The notes beneath the pieces are model-generated. The model was given only the letters and a program-made list of their open reading frames with translations, searched no databases and had not been told where the DNA came from. Shown piece by piece: positions 32,184-42,780 of a DNA stretch of 64,000 nt. This DNA comes from Bacteroidales bacterium (lineage in GTDB: Bacteria > Bacteroidota > Bacteroidia > Bacteroidales > UBA3663): NCBI GenBank assembly GCA_045600445.1, contig JAZRXZ010000052.1, positions 18,771-82,770 of the forward strand. The letters run 5' to 3'. Positions within the stretch are counted from its first letter, which is position 1; every line of letters starts with the position of its first letter. The position numbers and the translations under genes are program-made.

Positions 32184-33719
32184 TTACTGTATGGTTACAA
32201 GAGAGTCTACAAGAAGGCTGTCAGCAGAAAGAGAATCCTGCGGCAGTTCGATCTCATACTCTCCGATACGGAACTTATAATATTTATAATAGGTGTCGAG
32301 CGTCTCATAGAGCAAGTCGCTGACTTTCTCGGCGCCCTTAGGGGTGAAGTGGACATAGTCTTCGCCTGCCAGCTGTGGACGGGCGTTGACCCACTGAACC
32401 ATCGACCCTTCACCACCCATAGCTTCGTACATATTCCAGAAGGCGGCACCAGCTTCGGTGATATACTTCTCGAGCAACTGGACGAAACGTGGTATCTGTG
32501 GATAGGTGGCACGAACACCATTGATCGTAGTTGCCATATCTGAAGGACCGATGAAGAGGATACGAGCATCAGGTGCAAGCTCCTTGAAGTAGGCAATCTC
32601 TTTCTGCATGTTGAGACAGAAATTGATCATGCTCTCTTCTGTCTTGAGGTATGGTACAGAGTTGCCACCATATTGCAGGATGATGCACTGAACGTTTTCT
32701 TGCAGGAAGAATGGTTCCATGGTGGAGCGGGTAATCTTGTGGAAGAAGTTGCCTGAGGCTCCTCGCATCGGGACATTATCCATATTGACACCTGTACGTG
32801 TATCAAGCATGACTCCATAGATATTGGTTGGCCCCTGGACATTAATTTTGACGGACTGGCGCAGCGTATCGTACTCAGTCACTTCGCAGATCATTTCGTG
32901 AGTATTGCCATCGCTACGGAGCACGGTAACACGGTCAAACGAAGCCACGTGAGGGAAGCGGTCACTGGTCAAGCCCGTGTAGCTGAGGGTAACAGTGCCA
33001 TTGAGGTGTGTGACTTGTCCTAATGGACCATAGCCATTGTGTCCAGCACGGAAGTCAGCAGAACCGTAGATAAGGTTGTAACCGAGTGATGGGGAGCATG
33101 ACTGGCGAACAGTCATCTTTGGAATAGGCTGTACGGCAGGGAGCATACCTACGCCACCACCACCAAATTCAGCTTGGAAATGTTCGCGTAAGGAAGAGGT
33201 TATTCGGTCCATCTCAATCTGTGAGTCTCCATAATGCAGGATGCGCACATGCTTGGTCTTGGCACTATCAAGTGCAAGGAAAAGCGGATCAAGGTAGGTG
33301 AGATCATTCTCTTCGGTGATAGAGTCGCGATAGCTGACAATCTCGGCCAAGAGGCTATCTGGAGTTGCAGGATCGTACTCGAGTGCCAGACGGCGAAGGC
33401 TGTCGGTAGCAACACTGTCGACGACCTGAATATGGATCTTTGGCATGCAGATGCGGATAGGACTGTTGTGACAGAAATCTACAAATGTAGAGTCCTGCAT
33501 CTCCATCAGTGTGGCCATCTGCTGCTCCATGAGTTCCTCGGGAGTCAGTTCATGTACCTCTTCGACCATCTCCTTGCCTAAACTTAATACCTCATGGAGA
33601 GTTGGGAAGCGTAGGGTAGTAGAGCCGATCTTGACTCCGTCTTTTGGGAAAAACAGGCAGAGGCCTGTCAATAATAACAGGATACCAAAAATAAACAGTA
33701 GAGATTTATATAGCTTCAT
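32184..33719 (-). CDS. SGNH/GDSL-like hydrolase family protein, membrane-anchored
   Basis: Blocks ILHYGDSQIE, GASGN, LQYGGNS and EDYVHFT, with an N-terminal TM anchor. Confidence 0.7.
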   Translation of the reverse strand: MKLYKSLLFIFGILLLLTGLCLFFPKDGVKIGSTTLRFPTLHEVLSLGKEMVEEVHELTPEELMEQQMATLMEMQDSTFVDFCHNSPIRICMPKIHIQVVDSVATDSLRRLALEYDPATPDSLLAEIVSYRDSITEENDLTYLDPLFLALDSAKTKHVRILHYGDSQIEMDRITSSLREHFQAEFGGGGVGMLPAVQPIPKMTVRQSCSPSLGYNLIYGSADFRAGHNGYGPLGQVTHLNGTVTLSYTGLTSDRFPHVASFDRVTVLRSDGNTHEMICEVTEYDTLRQSVKINVQGPTNIYGVMLDTRTGVNMDNVPMRGASGNFFHKITRSTMEPFFLQENVQCIILQYGGNSVPYLKTEESMINFCLNMQKEIAYFKELAPDARILFIGPSDMATTINGVRATYPQIPRFVQLLEKYITEAGAAFWNMYEAMGGEGSMVQWVNARPQLAGEDYVHFTPKGAEKVSDLLYETLDTYYKYYKFRIGEYEIELPQDSLSADSLLVDSLVTIQ

Positions 33720-35800
33720 TTCTTTATAATTACTCTTTCGCCAAGTTCCTTGTCGAATATCTTTTGTATTTCTTTCTTTTCTTTGAGTTGCTGCATGATC
33801 TGCATGATATCGTTCGATGGATCACGCAGTTGTGCTGTCAGCGCTTCAATCTCCATCATGAGGATGCAGTTCTTGAGTTCAAGCACACAACGAGGGATGA
33901 GCACGTCAAGCTGCTCATCATTCTGTGCTACACCCATGGCGTCATAGCGATCCTGAGAGAGGTCAAGCGCGGTGGATTGAGCCTCTGGATCTGTATGTAG
34001 GTTGGAGAAGAAGCGTGTGCTATTCCACTCTATAGAAGTATCTTCTGATGCATCGAGTGCCAACTGGTACATACGGGCATAGAGCGGATGCAGGAAGGTG
34101 ACCCCATCGGCATTGAGTTCATTGTAGATAAAGTCAATGACGCGGAAGTTCTGGGTCACAGGCTGGTTGTCCTCCGGGTTGATATAGGTGAATGGGAAGA
34201 GCTGTCCTCCATATCGTACTATATATCTGATGATATTACGCTCGTAACGGTCGGAGAGAAGCGGGATACGCTGAGGCGCGGCTGGCTCTTGTTCCGGCGT
34301 GTTGAAGTCGAGCGAAGGCTGTGAAGGACCTTGCTGTGAGGTAGGACCTTCGCTCTGTTGCTCGTCTGCTTTCTGCACTGCAGCCAGAACTTCCTCTTTT
34401 ATATCGAGTTCTTCTCGCTCACGCTTAGCTTCTTCACGACGTCGCTCAATCTCCTGGCGATGCACCTCTGCCAGATAGTTCGAACGCTTGGCCTGGTTCA
34501 TCGCTTCCATGACCTGATGTTCAGAGACATTGGTCATCTGGCTGGTCTGTCGCACCAGGATGCTGCTGATGATCGGATCGGAAATCAGCGCAATACTATT
34601 TGCTACATCCTGCACGACACGGGCTTTGGCAATCGGATCGTTGGCATTGATCGATTGCATCATGAGTCGTGTCTTGAATGATACGAAGTCCTGCTGATTC
34701 TTGTCAAAGTATTCCTTGACCTGCTCACTGCTCTGCTTTTTGCAAAAAGAATCAGGGTCTTCACCTGCTGGAAGGAGAAGGAGCTTGACATTCATACCTT
34801 CTGCCAGCAGGAGGTCGATACTCTTGAAAGCTGCTGTGATACCTGCGTTGTCGCTGTCGAACATCAGCGTACAGTTCTTGGTGAAACGCTTGATGACACG
34901 GATATGCTCGGTGGTCAAGGCGGTGCCTGAGGCGGCGATGACATTCTGGAAACCTGCCTGAGACATGCTCAGGACGTCGATGTTGCCTTCCACCACATAG
35001 CAGTTATTTTCTTTGACAATAGCCTGCTTTGCCTCGTAAAGTCCGTAGGGGAAGTCGCTTTTGTGATAGATAGCCGACTCAGGAGAGTTGACATACTTCT
35101 TGAAAGCGTGGTCGACGCGCTGCAGGATTCGGCCACCAAAGGCGATGCACTTGCCTGAGAGCGAGTGATGTGGGAAGATAACACGACCAGCAAAGCGACA
35201 GACAGGGGTCTTCTTCGGATCATCACCAAAACAGAGGCCTACACCTGTGCCATCGAGCAGGTACTTACGGTTGTGACCTTTCTGTAGGGCACGTTCTGCC
35301 AGATCGGTCTTCTTTTCTAAGGCGTAACCGAGGTGGAAACGATGAATCGTTTCGTCCTGGATACCACGCTCACGGAAGTAGGTGAGACCGATATTGCGTC
35401 CCTCAGGCGTGTTGAACAGGTCCTCTTCGAAGCATTTCTGTGCGAACTCATTGACGTTGAACATACCCTCGCGATCGGTCTGACGCTGACGGTCCTCCTC
35501 GTTCATCTTTTTCTCTTCGACCTCGATGCCGTACTTGTTGCCGAGCCATTTGATTGCCTCGTGGAAGGTCATGCTTTCCTTTTTCATCAGGAAGGTGACA
35601 GGGTTTCCGCCTTCTCCACAGGCAAAGCATTTGCAGAGGTTCTTGGTAGGATTGACGTAGAAGCTAGGGCTCTTATCCGCGTGGAAAGGACACAAACCGA
35701 CATAGTTGACACCGCGGCGCCTGAGCGTCACGAACTCAGATACTACGTCAACAATCTGCGCTGTATCTGTGATCTTGTCTATGGTCTGCTGATCAATCAC
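33716..35800 (-). CDS. dnaG: DNA primase
   Basis: Zinc finger CPFHADKSPSFYV...CFACGEGG and TOPRIM motifs (VVEGNIDVLS, MFDSDNAG). Confidence 0.95.
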   Translation of the reverse strand: MIDQQTIDKITDTAQIVDVVSEFVTLRRRGVNYVGLCPFHADKSPSFYVNPTKNLCKCFACGEGGNPVTFLMKKESMTFHEAIKWLGNKYGIEVEEKKMNEEDRQRQTDREGMFNVNEFAQKCFEEDLFNTPEGRNIGLTYFRERGIQDETIHRFHLGYALEKKTDLAERALQKGHNRKYLLDGTGVGLCFGDDPKKTPVCRFAGRVIFPHHSLSGKCIAFGGRILQRVDHAFKKYVNSPESAIYHKSDFPYGLYEAKQAIVKENNCYVVEGNIDVLSMSQAGFQNVIAASGTALTTEHIRVIKRFTKNCTLMFDSDNAGITAAFKSIDLLLAEGMNVKLLLLPAGEDPDSFCKKQSSEQVKEYFDKNQQDFVSFKTRLMMQSINANDPIAKARVVQDVANSIALISDPIISSILVRQTSQMTNVSEHQVMEAMNQAKRSNYLAEVHRQEIERRREEAKREREELDIKEEVLAAVQKADEQQSEGPTSQQGPSQPSLDFNTPEQEPAAPQRIPLLSDRYERNIIRYIVRYGGQLFPFTYINPEDNQPVTQNFRVIDFIYNELNADGVTFLHPLYARMYQLALDASEDTSIEWNSTRFFSNLHTDPEAQSTALDLSQDRYDAMGVAQNDEQLDVLIPRCVLELKNCILMMEIEALTAQLRDPSNDIMQIMQQLKEKKEIQKIFDKELGERVIIKK

Positions 35801-36660
35801 TGCTTTAATTTGACTGTCAAATCTATAAATTCCTGTACACTGAGCTGCTCTGCTCTCTTGTCGAACATAGGATCTGCCAGGATCTCTGCTGCATCGTCAG
35901 GACGCCACTCGGAGATAAGCTGGCGAAGACAGTTGCGGAGGGTCTTGCGTCGAGTGCCGAAGGCGTTTTTGACAAGTGTGCGAAGATCCTTTTCCTCGCA
36001 AGGAAGTGAGGTGACGTTATTGCGTGTCATCTTTATGACTGCTGACTGTACCTTAGGCGGTGGATTGAATACACCTGGAGATACGGTGAAGCAATACTCG
36101 ATGTCATACCATACCTGGATGAGTACAGAGAGGATACCATAGGTCTTACTACCCGGCTTGGCTGCCAGTCGCTCGGCAACTTCCTTCTGAATCATGCCGC
36201 TGCAGACAGGGATGATGTCGCGGTAATCCACCACGCGGAAGAAGATCTGCGAGGAGATATTATAAGGATAGTTACCGATGAGGGAGAATGGCTTGCCTCC
36301 GAAGACTTCTTCGCCATCGAGTGGCAGTTTGAGGAAGTCGGCTTCGATGATACGCTTATCGAGCGAGGAAGGGTAGTGTACACGGAGATATGAAACCGAT
36401 TCGCCGTCGAGCTCCACCACCTTGAGGTTATACTCCTTCTGCAAGAGGAACTGTGTAAGCACACCCATGCCAGGGCCCACTTCGAGCACTGGCAAGTCTT
36501 TGTGATCTTGTAGCGTGTCAGCGATCCTTTCGGCGATGCTAAGATCGGTCAGGAAGTGCTGGCCGAGATTCTTCTTAGCACGGACCTTGTCGTCAAAGGA
36601 CATAGGTCCGACGTCTTCAGATCGTCTGGCACGCTCGGTATATCGTTTGTTATTTTTCAA
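35797..36660 (-). CDS. rsmA: 16S rRNA (adenine1518/1519-N6)-dimethyltransferase
   Basis: KKNLGQHFL and SAM-binding LEVGPGMGVLT. The true start may be the internal ATG at ~36603 (MSFDDKVRAKK...). Confidence 0.9.
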   Translation of the reverse strand: MKNNKRYTERARRSEDVGPMSFDDKVRAKKNLGQHFLTDLSIAERIADTLQDHKDLPVLEVGPGMGVLTQFLLQKEYNLKVVELDGESVSYLRVHYPSSLDKRIIEADFLKLPLDGEEVFGGKPFSLIGNYPYNISSQIFFRVVDYRDIIPVCSGMIQKEVAERLAAKPGSKTYGILSVLIQVWYDIEYCFTVSPGVFNPPPKVQSAVIKMTRNNVTSLPCEEKDLRTLVKNAFGTRRKTLRNCLRQLISEWRPDDAAEILADPMFDKRAEQLSVQEFIDLTVKLKQ

Positions 36661-36665
36661 AACTC

Positions 36666-37982
36666 TTAGGAATTATAGAACTCGGTAAATGCTTTGATAG
36701 CATATTCCTGATCGATGACTGCACCTGTCTCACGTACGCTGTGCATGCCCCAGATGGCGCTACCCATGTCTACGCCACGGAAAGGAAGCGTACCGGTGAG
36801 GATATTGCCTAAGGTGCTGCCACCAGCCACATCTGAGTGGTTGACGAAGCGCTGGAAAGGAACGCCTGCCTTGCGACAGATCTCAGCGAAGACAGCGGCA
36901 CCATCAGCATCGCTAGCATACTTCTGAGCTGCATTGACCTTGATGACAGGACCACCACCGAGGACAGGATGATTTGTAGGATCCATCTTCTCACCATAGT
37001 TAGGATGCCAAGCGTGAGCGTTGTCGGCACTGACCATGAATGACTGTTCGATCATACGATGGAAGTCATCACGAGCGGTCTCTGCACTGACGGTAGGGAA
37101 GGAGTCGCTGATACCTTCGGCCAGGACAAGACGCTCAAGGATCATGCTGAGGAATGGGCTGTGAGCACCCTGCTTGGTGCCGCTACCGGTCTCCTCATTG
37201 TCGAAGATAGCAAGTACCTGTGTTGCCTCTGACTGCTTCTTGCTTCCAAGCATTGCCTCCAGGCCTGCATGACACATGCTGAGGTCGTCGAGACGGCCTG
37301 CGCTGATAAACTCGTTGTTGAGGCCCACGGTGCAGCCAGGAGTGGTGTCGTAGAGGTAGAGGTCGAAGTCAAGGATCTCTTCTACGTTGACGTTGAGCTC
37401 TGCTGCGATCTTATTGATAAGGAGGCTCTTGACACAAAGCTGGTCGTTGATGATACCGAGTACAGGAAGCATGTCTTTCTGCTTGCTTAATGCCACGCCG
37501 TCGTTGACCTGACGGTTGAAGTGGATGGCAAGGTTCGGAATGATTACCAATGGCTCCTTGATAACGAGGAGACGTGTCTGTGGCTTGAGTGGATTGTCGG
37601 TGCGGAGCATCACACGACCAGCGAGTGACAATGGACGATCGAACCAGGTGCTCATGATGGCACCACCGTAGAGTTCGGTATTGAGCTTGACGAAGCCTTT
37701 CTCACACTTCATCTCGGCCGATGGCTTGATGCGGAAAGTTGGACTATCGCTGTGAGCTGTGATGATACGGATACCGGTCTCTGCCATAAGCTTGGCGCCG
37801 ATACGGAAGGCGAAGAGTGCTGAGTCATTCTTTGTGACGTACACCTGATCGCCAGGACGAATCACTGGCATCGGCTGAGTAGGATCCAACTTCTTGAATC
37901 CTGCGGCCTGTAATTGTTCTTCAAGGGTGGCAACAGCCAAGTAATTGACAGGGCTGGCGTTTAAGAAATCTATAAGGTTCAT
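36666..37982 (-). CDS. M18 family aminopeptidase
   Basis: Full-length M18 pattern (FLNASP...HSDSPTF...DNEETGS...GSTLG). Confidence 0.85.
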   Translation of the reverse strand: MNLIDFLNASPVNYLAVATLEEQLQAAGFKKLDPTQPMPVIRPGDQVYVTKNDSALFAFRIGAKLMAETGIRIITAHSDSPTFRIKPSAEMKCEKGFVKLNTELYGGAIMSTWFDRPLSLAGRVMLRTDNPLKPQTRLLVIKEPLVIIPNLAIHFNRQVNDGVALSKQKDMLPVLGIINDQLCVKSLLINKIAAELNVNVEEILDFDLYLYDTTPGCTVGLNNEFISAGRLDDLSMCHAGLEAMLGSKKQSEATQVLAIFDNEETGSGTKQGAHSPFLSMILERLVLAEGISDSFPTVSAETARDDFHRMIEQSFMVSADNAHAWHPNYGEKMDPTNHPVLGGGPVIKVNAAQKYASDADGAAVFAEICRKAGVPFQRFVNHSDVAGGSTLGNILTGTLPFRGVDMGSAIWGMHSVRETGAVIDQEYAIKAFTEFYNS

Positions 37983-38000
37983 ATTTGAAAATGTAAATAT

Positions 38001-38774
38001 TTATAATCCTTTCTTTGCTATCACCTCCTGCAAGTATTGTATTTTTCCTGCAGCGGTCTTGTTTTCCTGTTCCAGACGAAGCTTATCGCGCAGAAGCACT
38101 CCGAGTTCATAGCAGGCAGCAAGACCTGCTCGCTCTTTGGCAGAGATAGTTACTCGCACTTCCTTTTTGCCTCCGAGCAGGGTGCCATATAGTTTAGCGT
38201 CATCTGCATGAGCGGCAATAAAGCTAAACGCACCTCCATCAGTATCGGCATTGACCTGGTCACTACCTGTCTTGCGACCTGCGGTGAATGTCACACTCTC
38301 ATAATTTGTGCCGTCAATGGTGTATCGATAGTTTGAACCATCATTGTAAGGTATCGCCTCTGTCGTGACCGTTGTGCCATCGCCTGCTGTGATGCGAAGC
38401 TGCGTGTGTTCGAGTTTCGATCCGCAGTAGGTACTGATGAGCTGTGTCTGTCCATATTCATCGACGGCACAGTGGAGATAGGTGCGCTGTACATTATCTT
38501 CGGTGGCCATTCCCTTTGGGACAAAGCGTCCGAGATCATCATATTCAGACTTCACAAAGTCAAAAGACACTGAGGTCACCTCGTTGATGCGAGGGATAAT
38601 TGCCTGGATCAGCGAGTCGGTAACATGCAGAGTGTTCTGCTCGGTTGCCAGTTGTTCGACGTATTTCTGGTTCATTGCCTCTCGTCTCTCTGCGGCTGTC
38701 GGTCCTTTGTCTCCATTGTTGCCACAGCTTGCAAGCAAGGGGAGGAGAAGCAGGAAATATATTGTTTTCTTCAT
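38001..38774 (-). CDS. Hypothetical lipoprotein
   Basis: Signal peptide with lipobox LLASCG. No family recognised. Confidence 0.6.
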   Translation of the reverse strand: MKKTIYFLLLLPLLASCGNNGDKGPTAAERREAMNQKYVEQLATEQNTLHVTDSLIQAIIPRINEVTSVSFDFVKSEYDDLGRFVPKGMATEDNVQRTYLHCAVDEYGQTQLISTYCGSKLEHTQLRITAGDGTTVTTEAIPYNDGSNYRYTIDGTNYESVTFTAGRKTGSDQVNADTDGGAFSFIAAHADDAKLYGTLLGGKKEVRVTISAKERAGLAACYELGVLLRDKLRLEQENKTAAGKIQYLQEVIAKKGL

Positions 38775-38785
38775 ATTGTTTTATT

Positions 38786-40999
38786 TTAATTGATTCGCTC
38801 TACATTCTTGACTCCCTTCACAGCATTGATCTTTCTGATCAGGATATTGAGTGAAGATAGATCATTGACCATGACAGTCAGATGACCATGGAAAATACCA
38901 CCTTCAGTATCAATGGAGATGCTACGTAGCAGCGTATTCTGTTCTTTATTGATCACCTGAGAGATGTTCGATACGATTCCGATATCATCCTGACCGACCA
39001 CACGGAGCGTAATGCTATACTGATTGCCGCTCTTGCCACTCCAACGAGCTCGCTGTATGCGGTAAGGATATTGCTCTGCCAGGTTCTTTATATTTACACA
39101 ATCGGCACGATGGATGGTAATGCCACGAGTGATACTTACAAAACCGACCACATCATCGCCATAGATCGGATGGCAGCATCCCGCCAGTTTATACTCGATA
39201 CCTTTGAGGTTACGGTCGATGACCAGTTCGTCCTGACCAGACTGATTGTTGATGTCAAAGTCTGCGGCAGAATGTGCATGTTCTTGTGACTCCTGAATGA
39301 TCGGTGTGCGGTTGAGAAATGCATCATATTCTTTGATCACATGGTCAATAGTGATGTCTTCCCTCGATAGCGCCTGATAGAATTCCGTCTGTGTCTTAAA
39401 TCCGAGTTTGATGATGAAACGAGATAGTTCTGACTCATCGATCTCCATCTTACGGTTCTTGAAGCGACGTTGCAAGAGTTCCTTGCCAGCCTGCGACTCA
39501 TGGCTCTCGATCTCCTTGATCGTCTGTCTGATGCGAGAACGCGCTTTGCTGGTGGTCACAATATTAAGCCAATCAGGCTTTGGCTTCTGCTGGTTCGAAG
39601 TCAGAATCTCCACCGTCTCACCGCTATGCAACTGGTAGTTAAGCTTTACGTTCTTACCACTTACACGTGCACCAACACACTGCATACCGATGCGTGAGTG
39701 AATATGGAAAGCAAAGTCAAGTACAGTGGCACCTTTAGGGAACTTGTGTACGTCACCATTCGGCGTAAAGCAGAAAACCTCTTCGCTGTAGAGTCCCATT
39801 GAGAAGTCCTTCATCAGGTCTCCCGTAGCAATGCCAGATTCGAGTACTTCGCGGATCGATGCCATCACGTCATCTGCTGCACCCTGGCTCTTGATACCTT
39901 TGTATTTCCAGTGAGCTGCGAGGCCACGTTCGGCAATCTCGTCCATACGCTTGGTGCGGATCTGGACTTCTACCCAACGCTCCTTAGGTCCGTATACCGT
40001 GATATGTAGCGACTCATAACCATTGCTCTTAGGGATACTAAGCCAGTCTTTCAGTCGCTTAGGATTCGGCTGATACATATCGGCCACCACGCTGTAAGCC
40101 TGCCAGCAGAGCGCCTTCTCCAATTCTTTCTGATCTGTATCGATGATAATTCGGATGGCAAAGAGATCATAGATCTGGTCGACGCTCTTCTGTTGCTTCT
40201 TGATCTTGTTCCAGATGGAGGCAATGCTCTTGGTGCGTCCTTTGATGTGAAAAGGAGCGGGGAGTACCTCCTTCAATTTTGCTTCGAGAGGTGCAATGAA
40301 CTCATGTATATACGCCTCACGAACAGCTTTAGTATCCTGCAGCTGGTTTACGATGTCATCAAAGACCTCAGGGTGCTCATACTTAACGGCCATATCCTCC
40401 ATCTCACCCTTGATGACATAGAGTCCCAGGCGATGTGCGAGTGGAGTGTAGATGAGACGACTCTCATTGGTCACACGCTGGCGATATTGGAGGTCGCTCG
40501 TATGGTTGAGTATCTTCATCATTACATAGCAATCGCAGATGAGGCAGATGATGATACGGATGTCCTGTGCGAAGGAAAGCATGAGCTTGCGGAAGTTCTC
40601 ATCCTCAAGGTTGTCATGCTCTGCATAGAGGTGTTTTACTTTACCCATGCACGACATCAGGTGAGCTACTTCCTCCCCGAAATCATTGGTTATCTCCTCT
40701 CGGCTGATGACGTCATGCTCTGCTAAAGGATAGAGCAGTACGGTCAGGATGGAACGACGACCCAGTCCTACCTGTTCGTGCAATACCTGGCAGGTCATGA
40801 TCAAGTGGACCAGTTGCTGAACACCATGTGTATCTCTGTCATAGATGCCAGCTTCCACACCTCTTAAAATATACTTGCGTATTAGTCTCCATTCACTGGT
40901 TGCAATACGCGATGGAACAAGCTCCAACAGCTTGCGATAAGCTGTAAAGAACTGCTGATTCTCCTCTGACGTGAAGCGATCTGTTGTGAATAATTTCAT
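38786..40999 (-). CDS. RelA/SpoT family (p)ppGpp synthetase/hydrolase
   Basis: Synthetase motif YESLHITV...VEVQIRTKRMDEIAERGLAAHWKYK, a TGS domain and a C-terminal ACT domain. Confidence 0.9.
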   Translation of the reverse strand: MKLFTTDRFTSEENQQFFTAYRKLLELVPSRIATSEWRLIRKYILRGVEAGIYDRDTHGVQQLVHLIMTCQVLHEQVGLGRRSILTVLLYPLAEHDVISREEITNDFGEEVAHLMSCMGKVKHLYAEHDNLEDENFRKLMLSFAQDIRIIICLICDCYVMMKILNHTSDLQYRQRVTNESRLIYTPLAHRLGLYVIKGEMEDMAVKYEHPEVFDDIVNQLQDTKAVREAYIHEFIAPLEAKLKEVLPAPFHIKGRTKSIASIWNKIKKQQKSVDQIYDLFAIRIIIDTDQKELEKALCWQAYSVVADMYQPNPKRLKDWLSIPKSNGYESLHITVYGPKERWVEVQIRTKRMDEIAERGLAAHWKYKGIKSQGAADDVMASIREVLESGIATGDLMKDFSMGLYSEEVFCFTPNGDVHKFPKGATVLDFAFHIHSRIGMQCVGARVSGKNVKLNYQLHSGETVEILTSNQQKPKPDWLNIVTTSKARSRIRQTIKEIESHESQAGKELLQRRFKNRKMEIDESELSRFIIKLGFKTQTEFYQALSREDITIDHVIKEYDAFLNRTPIIQESQEHAHSAADFDINNQSGQDELVIDRNLKGIEYKLAGCCHPIYGDDVVGFVSITRGITIHRADCVNIKNLAEQYPYRIQRARWSGKSGNQYSITLRVVGQDDIGIVSNISQVINKEQNTLLRSISIDTEGGIFHGHLTVMVNDLSSLNILIRKINAVKGVKNVERIN

Positions 41000-41022
41000 A
41001 CTATTAATATATTTTATGCGTG

Positions 41023-41030
41023 CAAAGATA
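41023..41030 (-). promoter_or_regulatory. -7 box (TATCTTTG) for relA/spoT
   Basis: Exact TAnnTTTG about 24 nt upstream of the ATG at 40999. Confidence 0.5.
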
Positions 41031-41177
41031 GTAATTTTTCCTCAATTTTGAGAATGATTTGAAGATTTTCTTATTTGTTATCCTCCTTTTTTATGTTTTA
41101 TAACATATATTTCTCCCTTTTTTTTATGAAAAGAAGATTTTTTTATTCGAATAAATTTGTTTTTGGTAAAAAATCCT

Positions 41178-41185
41178 TATATTTG
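41178..41185 (+). promoter_or_regulatory. -7 box (TATATTTG) for the DUF4301-like gene
   Basis: Exact TAnnTTTG about 69 nt upstream of the ATG at 41254. Confidence 0.5.
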
Positions 41186-41253
41186 CACCCAAACAAATCA
41201 TACATGAAAACATATAAATCGTGTATATTCTAAAATATAATCTATAAATACTT

Positions 41254-42777
41254 ATGTTTACACAGCAAGATCTTGAAGTGTTTGCCCAGCGTGGCACTAC
41301 AGTTGAGAAAGTAGAGAGCCAGCTTAAGTCTTTTGAGACTGGTTTCCCTTATTTGAAGCTTAAAGGCGCAGCTTCTCCAGAGTATGGTATCATGATTATC
41401 GATGAGGATGGTGCCAAGTATTATCAGGACCTCTGGCAGAAGTATCTCCAGGCTGATAAGACTATTTTGAAGTTCGTTCCTGCATCTGGTGCGGCCAGCC
41501 GTATGTTCAAGAACCTCTTTGAGTTCCTTGAGGCTCCTTATGATGTTCCTACCAATGACTTTGAGAAGAAGTTCTTCGGTGGCATTGAGCAGTTCGCTTT
41601 CTATCCAGAGCTCGACGAGGTTTGCCAGAAGAACGAAGGCAAGGGTATCAAGGATCTCATGGCTGCTGGTCAGTATAAGGCTGTCGTTGGTAATCTGCTC
41701 CTTGAGAAGGGTCTCAACTATGGTCAGCTTCCAAAGGGTCTTCTGACTTTCCACCGTTCTGCTTCAGGTGTTCGCAAGGCTTTCGAGGAGCATCTTGAGG
41801 AAGGTGCAGTTTATGCAGCTAATGGTAAGGGTAATGTAAATCTTCACTTTACTGTAAGTCCTGATCATCTTCCATTGTTCGAGAAGCTCGTTGCTGAAAA
41901 GAAGGCAGCATACGAGCAAAAGTATGGTGTAAAGTATAACATCACCTTCTCAGTTCAGAAGGCTAGCACAGATACCATCGCTGCAAACATGGACAATACT
42001 CCATTCCGCGACGATAAGGGTAATCTCCTCTTCCGTCCAGGTGGCCACGGTGCATTGATCGAGAACCTTAATGAGCAGGAGGCTGATGTTATCTTCGTCA
42101 AGAATATTGATAATGTGGTACCTGAGAAGAAGAAGCAGGCTACCGTCGCATACAAGCAGATCATTGGTGGTGTTCTCGTTGGTCTCCAGCAGAAGATCTT
42201 CAGCTACCTCCAGCAGCTTGAGAGCGGTCACTATACCCACGAGCAGCTCATCGATATGCTCTACTTCCTCCAGACCAAGCTCTACATCAAGAATCCTGAT
42301 ACTAAACTCCTTGAGGATAGCGAGCTCGCTCTCTACATCAAGAATAAGCTCAACCGCCCACTCCGCGTCTGTGGTATGGTTAAGAACGTAGGTGAGCCTG
42401 GTGGCGGTCCATTCATCGCACAGTCTCCTGATGGAACCTATCAGAGCCAGATCCTTGAGTCAAGTCAGATCGATCAGAACGATCCTGAGTCTGTTGCAAT
42501 GTTCAAGGAGGGTACTCATTTCAACCCAGTTGACCTCGTATGTGCAGTACGCGATAAGAATGGTAAGCCATTCGATCTCCTCAAGCATGTTGATCCAATG
42601 ACCGGCTTCATTTCATATAAGTCTAAGAGCGGTAAGGAACTGAAGGCTCTTGAGTTGCCAGGACTCTGGAATGGCGCTATGAGCGATTGGAATACAGTTT
42701 TTGTAGATGTTGACCTTCTTACCTTCAACCCAGTTAAGACCGTTAACGATCTTCTCCGTCCAATGCATCAGTATTAA
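41254..42777 (+). CDS. DUF4301-like protein (UDPGP-like nucleotidyltransferase fold suspected)
   Basis: ~507 aa. The N-terminus FTQQDLEVFAQRGTTVEKVESQLKSFETGFPYLKL recalls DUF4301 proteins of Bacteroidota (from memory). Confidence 0.5.
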   Translation: MFTQQDLEVFAQRGTTVEKVESQLKSFETGFPYLKLKGAASPEYGIMIIDEDGAKYYQDLWQKYLQADKTILKFVPASGAASRMFKNLFEFLEAPYDVPTNDFEKKFFGGIEQFAFYPELDEVCQKNEGKGIKDLMAAGQYKAVVGNLLLEKGLNYGQLPKGLLTFHRSASGVRKAFEEHLEEGAVYAANGKGNVNLHFTVSPDHLPLFEKLVAEKKAAYEQKYGVKYNITFSVQKASTDTIAANMDNTPFRDDKGNLLFRPGGHGALIENLNEQEADVIFVKNIDNVVPEKKKQATVAYKQIIGGVLVGLQQKIFSYLQQLESGHYTHEQLIDMLYFLQTKLYIKNPDTKLLEDSELALYIKNKLNRPLRVCGMVKNVGEPGGGPFIAQSPDGTYQSQILESSQIDQNDPESVAMFKEGTHFNPVDLVCAVRDKNGKPFDLLKHVDPMTGFISYKSKSGKELKALELPGLWNGAMSDWNTVFVDVDLLTFNPVKTVNDLLRPMHQY

Positions 42778-42780
42778 TAT

